62,807 nt of DNA from Bacteroidota bacterium (GTDB taxonomy: Bacteria; Bacteroidota; Bacteroidia; Chitinophagales; LD1). The notes beneath the pieces were generated by a model. The model was not told the origin of the DNA. It did no database searches and was given only the letters and a program-made list of their open reading frames with translations. The stretch spans positions 1 through 62,807 of the forward strand of contig JAZKEP010000044.1 of assembly GCA_040387015.1 (NCBI GenBank). The letters run 5' to 3'. Within the stretch, counting starts at the first letter, position 1; the number at the start of each line of letters is the position of its first letter. A program made the position numbers and the translations under genes. Of this stretch, positions 1 to 7,983 are shown one piece after another.

Positions 1-1363
1 AACCAAGCACCAATATTCCGGCTACACAAATTAATACTGATGCCAACACAGTTGTTGTCAATGAAATCTTTTCGATTGGCTCACTGTTTTCATCTACAAA
101 CATTGCTCTAACAATTCGCAGATAATAGTAGAGCGATACAATCAGGTTCAAAGATGCAATGATGATGAGCCACCAGGTTCCTACCTGTGCTCCACTGGTG
201 AGCAGAAATAATTTCCCAAAGAAACCTGCTGTAGGTGGAATGCCCGCTAAAGAGAAAAGCGCGAGTGACATTACTAAAGCAAGTGTTGGATTAGAAGCAT
301 ATAAACCTCTGTAATCGTTCACGGTTTCTTTTCCCGTTTGTGAAGAGATAACCGAAATAATAGCGAATGCCGCTAAGTTAGTGAACACATAAATCAGGAT
401 AAAGTAAATAACACTTGCCACACCTATTTGCGAAGCCGATGCAATAGCAATCAACAAATAACCGACTTGTGCAATAGAAGAAAAAGCAAAGAAGCGTTTC
501 AGATTCTGCTGACGAATGGCAAATAGATTTCCAACGGTAATTGTGATAGCCGCAGAAACTGCGAGCATATAATACCAGGTCATAGCCAGCGCACCGAACA
601 CTGCATACAAAGTTGTGATGAACACAAACGCCATCGCTCCCTTTGAAACAACAGACAGATAAGCCGTAACCGCAACAGGAGCACCTTCATATACATCTGC
701 TGTCCATAAATGGAAAGGAACGATAGAAAGTTTAAAAGCGAAACCGGTGAACAGCAAAACAAAAGCAAGAACCTGTATTTGACTTCCATTCAGCATCATA
801 GGAACTTCAGAAAACTGAACGGTGCCTGTGCTTCCGTAAACGAGCGAAATACCAAACAACAAAATTGCTGATGAAAACGCGCTGCTCATTATCATCTTGA
901 AAGCAGATTCGCTCGAAACTTTTTTATCTAAATCGAAATTGCAAAGTGCCGCGAGTGGAATAGTTGAAAGTTCTAAACCCAGATAAAACATCAAAAGATT
1001 TCCGCTGCTGAGCATAAAAAAGAAACCAAGCAGACTCGAAATCAAGAGCATAAAAAACTCCGGCAAATGCTGATGCTTCTTCAACCAATCATAGCTGAAA
1101 AGTGAAATAAGAAGCACTGCTAAATTCAACACACTTTTTTCAATAGCGAGTAAAGGAGAAGTGCGAAACATTCCTCCGAAAACTTCCTGCGTTTCGTTTG
1201 TAAAAAATCCCAGTAGAAGATTCAGCAACAACAGTAAATTGGTTGTGCGCAGTATCGAAACATTACTCGCTCTTCCATCGATTTTTAAAAACAATAAAAG
1301 GAAGAGAATAAGCGTGATCGCCAGTTCGAATTTCATGGCGAGAAGCCATTGGGTTAATTCCAT
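1..1363 (-). CDS. nuoN: NADH-quinone oxidoreductase subunit N, C-terminus runs off the window edge (absent from the ORF track because no stop codon is in the window)
   Basis: Own minus-strand translation from ATG at 1363 stays open to position 2: MELTQWLLAMKFEL...YLGLELSTIPL...FHLWTADVYEGAP...SSIAQVGYLL...SLYYYLRIVRAMF. Polytopic antiporter-like subunit on the same strand as nuoM/L/K/J/I. Confidence 0.85.
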   Translation of the reverse strand, partial: MELTQWLLAMKFELAITLILFLLLFLKIDGRASNVSILRTTNLLLLLNLLLGFFTNETQEVFGGMFRTSPLLAIEKSVLNLAVLLISLFSYDWLKKHQHLPEFFMLLISSLLGFFFMLSSGNLLMFYLGLELSTIPLAALCNFDLDKKVSSESAFKMIMSSAFSSAILLFGISLVYGSTGTVQFSEVPMMLNGSQIQVLAFVLLFTGFAFKLSIVPFHLWTADVYEGAPVAVTAYLSVVSKGAMAFVFITTLYAVFGALAMTWYYMLAVSAAITITVGNLFAIRQQNLKRFFAFSSIAQVGYLLIAIASASQIGVASVIYFILIYVFTNLAAFAIISVISSQTGKETVNDYRGLYASNPTLALVMSLALFSLAGIPPTAGFFGKLFLLTSGAQVGTWWLIIIASLNLIVSLYYYLRIVRAMFVDENSEPIEKISLTTTVLASVLICVAGILVLG

Positions 1364-1441
1364 GCGGAACGGAAGTTTAAGTGGTTATAAAAACAAGATA
1401 AGAAAATTTATATCTCTAAAACTTCAGAAAATTTTAGAGAT

Positions 1442-2047
1442 ATGCTTTTTTCACAGTCTTCTATGCGCTGGGTTTTTCTTGTTTTTACTTGGGGTTTCTG
1501 TAACGCAACTTTTGCGCAAAAAATAGTGTACGATATGTCAGCCTTCGGTATTCATTTCGGAAAGATGACGGTGATAAAAACGAAAGAAGACGACAGCACC
1601 GACCTTTACACCCTCGATGCCAACGGTTATCTAAAAGTGTTGTGGATGGAGCGCAAAGACCAGACACTTTACGAAGTGCGCTACCGGAATGGTAAACTTA
1701 TTTCATCTTCATACACTCAAATTGAAACCGGAAAGGTTGGCAAATGGACCAAGGTTCATTTTGACGGAACAAAATATATGGTTGACTCTTACAGAGGTAA
1801 AAGAAGTTTTATCGAGGCTCCGGCATTCTCCATCATGACACTTTACTTCAACAATCCCAAAAATATCCACCGTATTTTTTACGAAGCTGAAAGCGATTTT
1901 ACTGAAATGAAACACCCGGATGAAAACACGGTGGAAATAAAAAGTTCCGATGGCAACAGGAGCATTTATCATTTTTTAAATGGCGTGATGAACAAAATGG
2001 AATTTCACATTTCCATTGCCACCGTTCACATGAAAAGGATTAACTAA
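1442..2047 (+). CDS. hypothetical secreted protein
   Basis: 201-aa ORF with a hydrophobic signal-like N-terminus (WVFLVFTWGFCNATFAQ) followed by beta-rich sequence. No catalytic motif recognised. Confidence 0.5.
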   Translation: MLFSQSSMRWVFLVFTWGFCNATFAQKIVYDMSAFGIHFGKMTVIKTKEDDSTDLYTLDANGYLKVLWMERKDQTLYEVRYRNGKLISSSYTQIETGKVGKWTKVHFDGTKYMVDSYRGKRSFIEAPAFSIMTLYFNNPKNIHRIFYEAESDFTEMKHPDENTVEIKSSDGNRSIYHFLNGVMNKMEFHISIATVHMKRIN

Positions 2048-2879
2048 GGACCGCGTTTCGCTTCTTTTCGTAATCGGCACGGCTGGTTTTGCAAACCTTA
2101 TCCCATATTGACGACACCTCGCCAAAGTTAGCGTTCACATCACTGTGATGAACATTGTGCCATGCCGAACTGTTGAGCCCTATGCGCGGAAGAATTTTTT
2201 CCAGCCAGTTAAAAGTAACTCCGCAATGGAGGTAAAGATTTAAAAATACAAACCCGGCAATAGCCGAAAAATAAAGCGGGGCAAAATGCTTAGCCGGTGG
2301 AAAGCAAATAAGTAAAAGCGGCCAAAAGGTAAGAACCGTTTCAACAGGACCTACTGCAAAACCAGCAAAAGGTGTGGGGTCGCGGAAAGAATGATGGAGT
2401 TTGTGAAAAGCAAAGAAAGCTTTAGTATGAAGCAAACGGTGCTTCCAATAAGTAAGCGCATCAACCGCTATAATACCTGCATACATTTCAAGAATTACAA
2501 GGGGCCAGCTTAATCCCATTTCGGTAAGCGTCCACGCCAAACCGGTGGGCATTCCTGTTCGATACATACCTGTTGGCCAGGCAGCCATGCATGCCACTAC
2601 AAACATAGCGCGTGCACTTCCGAAGGCCTCTTCAGCTATTGGAGGATTTTTGCTGCGTTCACCCTGTATCCGGTTGCCGTTTCTTTCCGAGAACCGGTAA
2701 ATAAGAAAAGCAAAAGTGAAAAGCGGAATAATGATGATTAAAAAGATGCGCCAGAAACTGTCGTAAAACATAACCGGTGAAGGGTGCAGCAGTCCGGACA
2801 GAAAAAACAAAACAACTACCGCCCAATCAATAAATACCGCTGTTCGGTGGGGATTAAAAAATTTTCTGGATGATTGCAT
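2040..2879 (-). CDS. sterol desaturase / fatty acid hydroxylase family membrane protein
   Basis: Histidine boxes HRLLHTKAFFAFHKLHHSF and WHNVHHSD within a multi-TM protein. Confidence 0.75.
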   Translation of the reverse strand: MQSSRKFFNPHRTAVFIDWAVVVLFFLSGLLHPSPVMFYDSFWRIFLIIIIPLFTFAFLIYRFSERNGNRIQGERSKNPPIAEEAFGSARAMFVVACMAAWPTGMYRTGMPTGLAWTLTEMGLSWPLVILEMYAGIIAVDALTYWKHRLLHTKAFFAFHKLHHSFRDPTPFAGFAVGPVETVLTFWPLLLICFPPAKHFAPLYFSAIAGFVFLNLYLHCGVTFNWLEKILPRIGLNSSAWHNVHHSDVNANFGEVSSIWDKVCKTSRADYEKKRNAVLS

Positions 2880-2922
2880 GGTTAAAACTTAGAACTGCGA
2901 AAATATTCCTTCTACATAAAAC

Positions 2923-4437
2923 TCAGAACGCGGCCCTTAAAATCTGTTTCGTTATTTCTTCGCTTCCCCCATCCACCAGCTTCTGCAATAAAAACGGAGC
3001 CACCCCAATCACCACAATTCCGGCAATCAGAATCACAGCCGCCAACTTTTCATTCCACTCCGCATCACCAAACGCAACGGCTGTTTCACCGTGAACCGTC
3101 AACTGTGAACCGTCAACCTGCAACTCCCCCCACATCACCTTCCCCAGCGCCCTCAAAATATAAACTGCCGTCACCACTATACTAGCGCAAGCAGCGATTG
3201 TTGCTAAGCGATACCACGTATCTGCATTCTGCCACGCGCCCATAAACACCGTCATCTCGGCAGCAAAACCGCTGAAACCCGGCAAGCCCAGCGAACACAA
3301 ACCCGCAATAAAAAACACCGTGCCTATAAACGGAGTAACCTTCAGCAGCCCGCCCATCTGGCTCACCATGCGCGTGTGCGTGCGCTCATACAACATGCCA
3401 ATGGCAGCAAAGAAAAGAGCCGTCATCAAACCGTGACTCACCATCTGCATCACCGCACCGGTAATGCTGGTTTTCGTCAGCATGCCAATACCCAGCAACA
3501 CAAAGCCGCAGTGGCTCACCGATGAATACGCATTGATGTATTTCAAATCCTTCTGCATCATGGTAGCAAACGCGCCATACAAAATGGCAATAGAAGCCAG
3601 CAGAATAATCAGCCACTGATACTCATGTGCCGCTTCGGGCATCAGGTAAGTGGCCACGCGCAGACAACCATAGCCGCCCAGCTTCATCGAAATACCCGCT
3701 AAGAACATCGAAGCCGCAGTAGGCGCGCTGCTGTGTCCGTCAGGCACCCAGGTATGAAACGGAAACAGCGCCCCGAAAATTCCGAAACCCGCAAACAACA
3801 GCGGAAAGAAAAACCGTTGCTGCTCCACCGGTATATGCATATGGCTCAGCGCCACCAAATCAAACGTTGGTGTGCCGTTGTAAAAATAAATTCCAAGCAG
3901 GCCCACAAACACCAGCGCACTGCCGCCCATCAGCATCAGCGCCAGTTTATTCGCGCTGTATTCCTTGCGGCCGCTGCCCCAAATAGCTATCAGCAAAAAC
4001 TTCGGTATAACGGCCAGCTCCAGAAAGAAAAACATCACAAACAAATCGAGCGACATAAAAAACCCGTAAGCCCCTGCCGAAAGAAACAGCAGCAGAAAGA
4101 AAAACTCCTTCGTCATCTTCTCCACCTTCCAGCTCACCAGCACACCCGCCACCACCACCAGTGCCGTCAGCCCCATCATCGCCACCGAAATACCATCCAC
4201 CCCCACGTAGTATTGAATATTAAAAGCCGAAAACCACACCGCGCGCTGCTCAAACAAAAACTGCGCGGCTGCTCCTGCGTTGCGCGCGTTCACATACGCC
4301 AGCGTCAGCCATCCTACCAGCGCCAACTGCAATACCGCGCCAATCAGCGACACCACCCGCACTTGCTTTGCATCGCGACACGTTAACACCACCAGCGAGG
4401 TAAGAACCGGTAAGAGGATTAAGAGAGATAAATTCAT
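2923..4437 (-). CDS. nuoM: NADH-quinone oxidoreductase subunit M
   Basis: 504-aa polytopic protein with FPFHTWVPDGHSSAPTAASMFLAG and SSVSHCGFVLLG, typical of NuoM/ND4. Confidence 0.9.
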   Translation of the reverse strand: MNLSLLILLPVLTSLVVLTCRDAKQVRVVSLIGAVLQLALVGWLTLAYVNARNAGAAAQFLFEQRAVWFSAFNIQYYVGVDGISVAMMGLTALVVVAGVLVSWKVEKMTKEFFFLLLFLSAGAYGFFMSLDLFVMFFFLELAVIPKFLLIAIWGSGRKEYSANKLALMLMGGSALVFVGLLGIYFYNGTPTFDLVALSHMHIPVEQQRFFFPLLFAGFGIFGALFPFHTWVPDGHSSAPTAASMFLAGISMKLGGYGCLRVATYLMPEAAHEYQWLIILLASIAILYGAFATMMQKDLKYINAYSSVSHCGFVLLGIGMLTKTSITGAVMQMVSHGLMTALFFAAIGMLYERTHTRMVSQMGGLLKVTPFIGTVFFIAGLCSLGLPGFSGFAAEMTVFMGAWQNADTWYRLATIAACASIVVTAVYILRALGKVMWGELQVDGSQLTVHGETAVAFGDAEWNEKLAAVILIAGIVVIGVAPFLLQKLVDGGSEEITKQILRAAF

Positions 4438-4589
4438 TTCAATTTATTTTTATGATGATGGGGGTTGCTGAAATTTTTTACTCCGTTTAATTTTTAATCG
4501 AAAAAAATTTCATCACCGCGTTTTCCGTTACAATCTTTTTTGTCCTCGCAAAAACATCCACGCACAAAAAAGGATTTACACTACAATCG

Positions 4590-5183
4590 CTACCCCGAAC
4601 AGCCGTCTTGCTTCGGCAAAAACTCCCTTATCTTTTCAACAAAAGGCAAATACAATTCTTCATGTTTAGATAGAAAATCCTTAATTAGATTTTTTAGTTT
4701 ATCTAGATCAACCGTATACTTCCCTTCCTCTTCCACTAAATAGGACTCAACATCGATTTTAAACAACTCATCAAACGCATTACTTGCCGTAAGAAGTGAA
4801 AAGTGATCTTTTACATGTTGGTATAGAGACTTTGAGTCTAGTGCTTTCATTCTTAATGTAGCCCAATTATCCAAATCTTTCCCGCCACCATTATTTGAAG
4901 AAAAACAGGTTTCAAAATCTTTTTTTAAAAAAATCGCTTCAACGAAACAGCCATAAGGTATTACAGCCAGTTTTTCTGCTATACTCACTACCGGCTTGTC
5001 GGGTTCTTCTCCCTCTGGTATTAAAGGAATAGTTGCTCCATCGTAATCTCTCCAAGGATGTTTGGATGGATAAATAACGATTTCCTTAGTTGCCCCCATG
5101 ACCCCAAAATTCTTAAGGTTTAGTTCACGAGCTATTAGGTGACCAAGTTCATGAAAGAAAACTGTTTTTACAGCAGGATGCAT
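4590..5183 (-). CDS. hypothetical protein with N-terminal HExxH (HELGH) zinc-peptidase-like motif
   Basis: 197-aa ORF. FFHELGHLIAREL lies at residues 9-21 and the remainder has no recognisable motif. AT-rich. Confidence 0.45.
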   Translation of the reverse strand: MHPAVKTVFFHELGHLIARELNLKNFGVMGATKEIVIYPSKHPWRDYDGATIPLIPEGEEPDKPVVSIAEKLAVIPYGCFVEAIFLKKDFETCFSSNNGGGKDLDNWATLRMKALDSKSLYQHVKDHFSLLTASNAFDELFKIDVESYLVEEEGKYTVDLDKLKNLIKDFLSKHEELYLPFVEKIREFLPKQDGCSG

Positions 5184-5337
5184 TTCTACTCTTTAAATTT
5201 TATTTGGCTGTATCTCTCCCCCAAAAAACAGATTTCATTGCGAGGAAAATTCCTTTAAAAAATCATCAGCGTATTTTCCGATCGACCGGTTCAGCGATTC
5301 AATATTAGTTTAAAGTATACCTGATAAGTATGACTTT

Positions 5338-6837
5338 TCAATTACATCCTTCCAAGCATTTCTCCTTACCAACTGAGCTGACGAAGTAAATGAATTTTTT
5401 ACCCTTCTCTTCTATACGGTAAAGATTGTTATTTATAAGTTCAATCATTCTTTCATCAGAATGAGAGAATACCTCAACACCTTCCATTGTAATTATGTTA
5501 CGAAATCTGAATGGTTGAAGTAGGTCTTCTGTTAATATATATTCGTTGCCATTTATGTCTTTGGTTAGCTTTCTATAAAGACAACTACCAATCATGGATA
5601 ACCCACCTAAAGGATTGGTAATAGAATCATAGATAGGAGAAATTTTTAGCTCACCTTTTCTATCAATAACACCAGTTCGCTTTGTTTTTGTATCGACTAC
5701 CTTATAATAATCATTAGAGAATTCTCCGATATTTAAGTATTTATCAGTTATTTTTTTTTCAAAATGGTCAATTATATAGTACACCACTCTGTTTAATGAA
5801 GTATCATAGCCTCCAATCAAAGCCGTACAACTATTATTTTCAAAGTTTGTCGCAAAAACATATTTAGTAGACCCCCAAGCACTTACGGAGTTGTCAATTT
5901 CTTCTGTAAGTTCAATATACCCAAACTTCATATTGAAAAAACCATAGGTTTGTTTTCGCCCCACCCGATATTTTCCACAAGATAGTGTATCGATTAAATC
6001 CCACCCTTCGGATATTATTTTATTGTCACGATTAATGAGATAAGATACGCCACTTGTCTTTTTTATAATTGAGCAGTAGTTTTGGTCAAGCGGTGTAAAT
6101 GATTCAACCTCGTGTAAAGTAGCAAGTTTTGTATTCTTCTTATCTATACAGTAAGCCCAATCAAATATTTTACACCAAGCTTTGCCTTTAGAAAATGCGC
6201 TCACTGAGTCATACTGGGCGGTAATTACTATATTTCCTTTAGTGTCAATAAAGCCGAATTTATTTTTGTATTTGAATGGTGCCATTCCTTCGCTGTAAGT
6301 ATATATGGTGTAGTCGCTATTGTCAATATATACACTATCAAACAAGACGTATCTGTTAACACTGTCACCTAAAATCCTTGCTCCGCCTTTGCGACATTTA
6401 AGGGTTTGGTTTTCTATACTGGCGGTTGTGAGTTTTTCATTCAATGCATTGGCATTGGATATTTTTGAAGAGTATTGGTCAACTAAAGCTCTGAGTATTT
6501 CACTAATAGAATCAGTATTAGATATAATAGCTTCAATGTTTTTTAACGCAGTAGTTTGTTCAATATGTTTCTTGACTTCTTCGTTTTTACGCGCATCCTG
6601 CAAAGTTAATATGGGTTGCAAGCTATCGGATACAGCCTTAAACAGATCTTTACTATTGCCTAAATCAACAATATTTCCGTTACCAATTAAATTGATATTG
6701 ATCACGCAAAGACTTCCGTTCGTGATATTTTGAATAGAGAAAATAGTATCTCTTGGTGAGACAGAAAAGCTCTTTAAAAACAACAAAATACTTGCAATAG
6801 ATAAGAGACAGGTTTTATTAATGTATTGTATTGCCAT
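5338..6837 (-). CDS. WG-repeat (KWG-type) protein with N-terminal hydrophobic segment and coiled-coil region
   Basis: Repeated F/YGFID.KGN..I...YD....F motifs (KFGFIDTKGNIVITAQYDSVSAFSKGKAW, TYGFFNMKFGYIEL, RTGVIDRKGELKISPIYDSI). N-terminus is CLLSIASILLFL. AT-rich. Confidence 0.6.
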   Translation of the reverse strand: MAIQYINKTCLLSIASILLFLKSFSVSPRDTIFSIQNITNGSLCVININLIGNGNIVDLGNSKDLFKAVSDSLQPILTLQDARKNEEVKKHIEQTTALKNIEAIISNTDSISEILRALVDQYSSKISNANALNEKLTTASIENQTLKCRKGGARILGDSVNRYVLFDSVYIDNSDYTIYTYSEGMAPFKYKNKFGFIDTKGNIVITAQYDSVSAFSKGKAWCKIFDWAYCIDKKNTKLATLHEVESFTPLDQNYCSIIKKTSGVSYLINRDNKIISEGWDLIDTLSCGKYRVGRKQTYGFFNMKFGYIELTEEIDNSVSAWGSTKYVFATNFENNSCTALIGGYDTSLNRVVYYIIDHFEKKITDKYLNIGEFSNDYYKVVDTKTKRTGVIDRKGELKISPIYDSITNPLGGLSMIGSCLYRKLTKDINGNEYILTEDLLQPFRFRNIITMEGVEVFSHSDERMIELINNNLYRIEEKGKKFIYFVSSVGKEKCLEGCN

Positions 6838-7174
6838 CTCCTATGATGTTAGTATTCTTTGTGTCCTTAGAATCCTTTGTCTTGTTGATTATACTTTTTG
6901 ACTGATGTATTGGTTTTGGAGCAGGAACTGGTTCGCTTTTTTTCAGGTCATTTAATTGGTTGCTCAATGCCATATTTGTTTGCTCAATATTCGATTTCTG
7001 CATTTTCAATTCTACATTTTCATTGGTCAATTTTTTATACTCGTCTATTTTAACGTATTGCCCGCTTGTTTGCAAAATACATTCCCGGAAAGTCCAACCT
7101 GTTGTAAGGCTCGGCACAACCATCAAAGCCACAGTCCACCATTTTAGCTGTCTAATTTCTTTAGGTATTTCCAT
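6818..7174 (-). CDS. small membrane-anchored coiled-coil protein (ORF track start 7264; ATG at 7174 preferred)
   Basis: MEIPKEIRQLKWWTVALMVVPSLTTGW is followed by a heptad-like KKLTNENVELKMQKSNIEQTNMALSNQLNDLKK. The 3' end overlaps the next ORF by 20 nt. Confidence 0.45.
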   Translation of the reverse strand: MEIPKEIRQLKWWTVALMVVPSLTTGWTFRECILQTSGQYVKIDEYKKLTNENVELKMQKSNIEQTNMALSNQLNDLKKSEPVPAPKPIHQSKSIINKTKDSKDTKNTNIIGDGNTIH

Positions 7175-7308
7175 TGAGTTGGTTGGTTTTTTGTGTCTCC
7201 CTAATCCTGTTTTTAAGCTTTTGGTGTTGTTACAAAACACCACCACCATCGCAATCACCCCCATAATAAACCAAATAGCAACGCCTGCACCTTTCCGCTT
7301 TCTGCGTT

Positions 7309-7671
7309 TTACTTCTTCAACTTCATCTTCGCCATCTCCACCAACTCCTTCAAATATTTATTCTCTTGTTCCATCAACTCCATCTTACGCTTCATCGCAT
7401 CCAACTCCGCATCTTTACCTTCATGCGGGTTTTGTATCGTTTCAGTATTCACCTTCTTCGGTACAAACAGCTCAAACAAATTGTATTTCAAAAAATCTCC
7501 TGCCGCAACCATCTCGCTTATCCGCCAATCCGTTCGTCTCAGCAGCTTATAAGCCGAGTCATTGCTCAGACCCATCGCATTAGCCAAATCAACTGCGGTC
7601 AGGCGTTTATCAAACAATAGTTTCTTCGCCACTTCATTTACTTTCGGTGTAGGATTCGTTATTTCTGCCAT
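7309..7671 (-). CDS. XRE-like helix-turn-helix protein with C-terminal coiled coil
   Basis: LTAVDLANAMGLSNDSAYKLLRR is HTH-like, followed by YNLFELFVP and the charged heptad tail DAMKRKMELMEQENKYLKELVEMAKMKLKK. Same layout as the protein at 34068..34469. Confidence 0.55.
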   Translation of the reverse strand: MAEITNPTPKVNEVAKKLLFDKRLTAVDLANAMGLSNDSAYKLLRRTDWRISEMVAAGDFLKYNLFELFVPKKVNTETIQNPHEGKDAELDAMKRKMELMEQENKYLKELVEMAKMKLKK

Positions 7672-7748
7672 GTTTTAGAGGTTTTATTGCAAAATAAAGC
7701 ACATTTCAGCCAAAGAATAACAAACTCACCTCTTCGCGAACAACATTT

Positions 7749-7983
7749 CCAATAACGCAAACTGCACTCACTATACCGCAAACCGTATATCCAATACCGC
7801 AATCTTCACAAACAATACTGCGAACTGCATATACAATACAACAAACTGCATCAACTATAAAGCAAACTTCACTCACTATATCCTGAACTTCACACCCAAT
7901 ACCGCTAACTTAACTCCCAATAACCCAATCTGCATTGCCAATACCGCAAACTGCACTCATGGTAGCGCGAACGCCATCGTCTG
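7749..7983. repeat. array A: about 11 head-to-tail degenerate 20-22 bp units, consensus CCAATACCGCAAACTGCACTCA
   Basis: Read directly. Units start at 7749, 7771, 7791, 7813, 7834, 7855, 7876, 7896, 7917, 7938 and 7960. Units 1 and 10 differ at one base. The array fills the gap between the nuoL stop (7984) and the HTH gene start (7671). Confidence 0.85.

Noticed and set aside
3733-4386. 217-aa plus-strand ORF antisense to nuoM. Similar antisense ORFs lie inside nuoL, prfA, ftsH and the ABC-F gene.
   Set aside because: These ORFs have H/Q/R/K-rich low-complexity translations and lie entirely inside strongly supported genes on the other strand. They are typical shadow ORFs of compositionally biased coding sequence.
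7749-7983. Arrays A to D considered as CRISPR arrays.
   Set aside because: The units are contiguous with no unique spacers. They are only 20-22 bp long and degenerate, and no cas genes are nearby.
4438-7983. Search for mobile-element hallmarks around the nuoL-nuoM insert, and likewise around 31.7-36.4 kb.
   Set aside because: I could find no integrase, transposase or recombinase gene, no tRNA target and no flanking direct or inverted repeats by eye. I therefore did not call a mobile element, only a compositionally atypical insertion.
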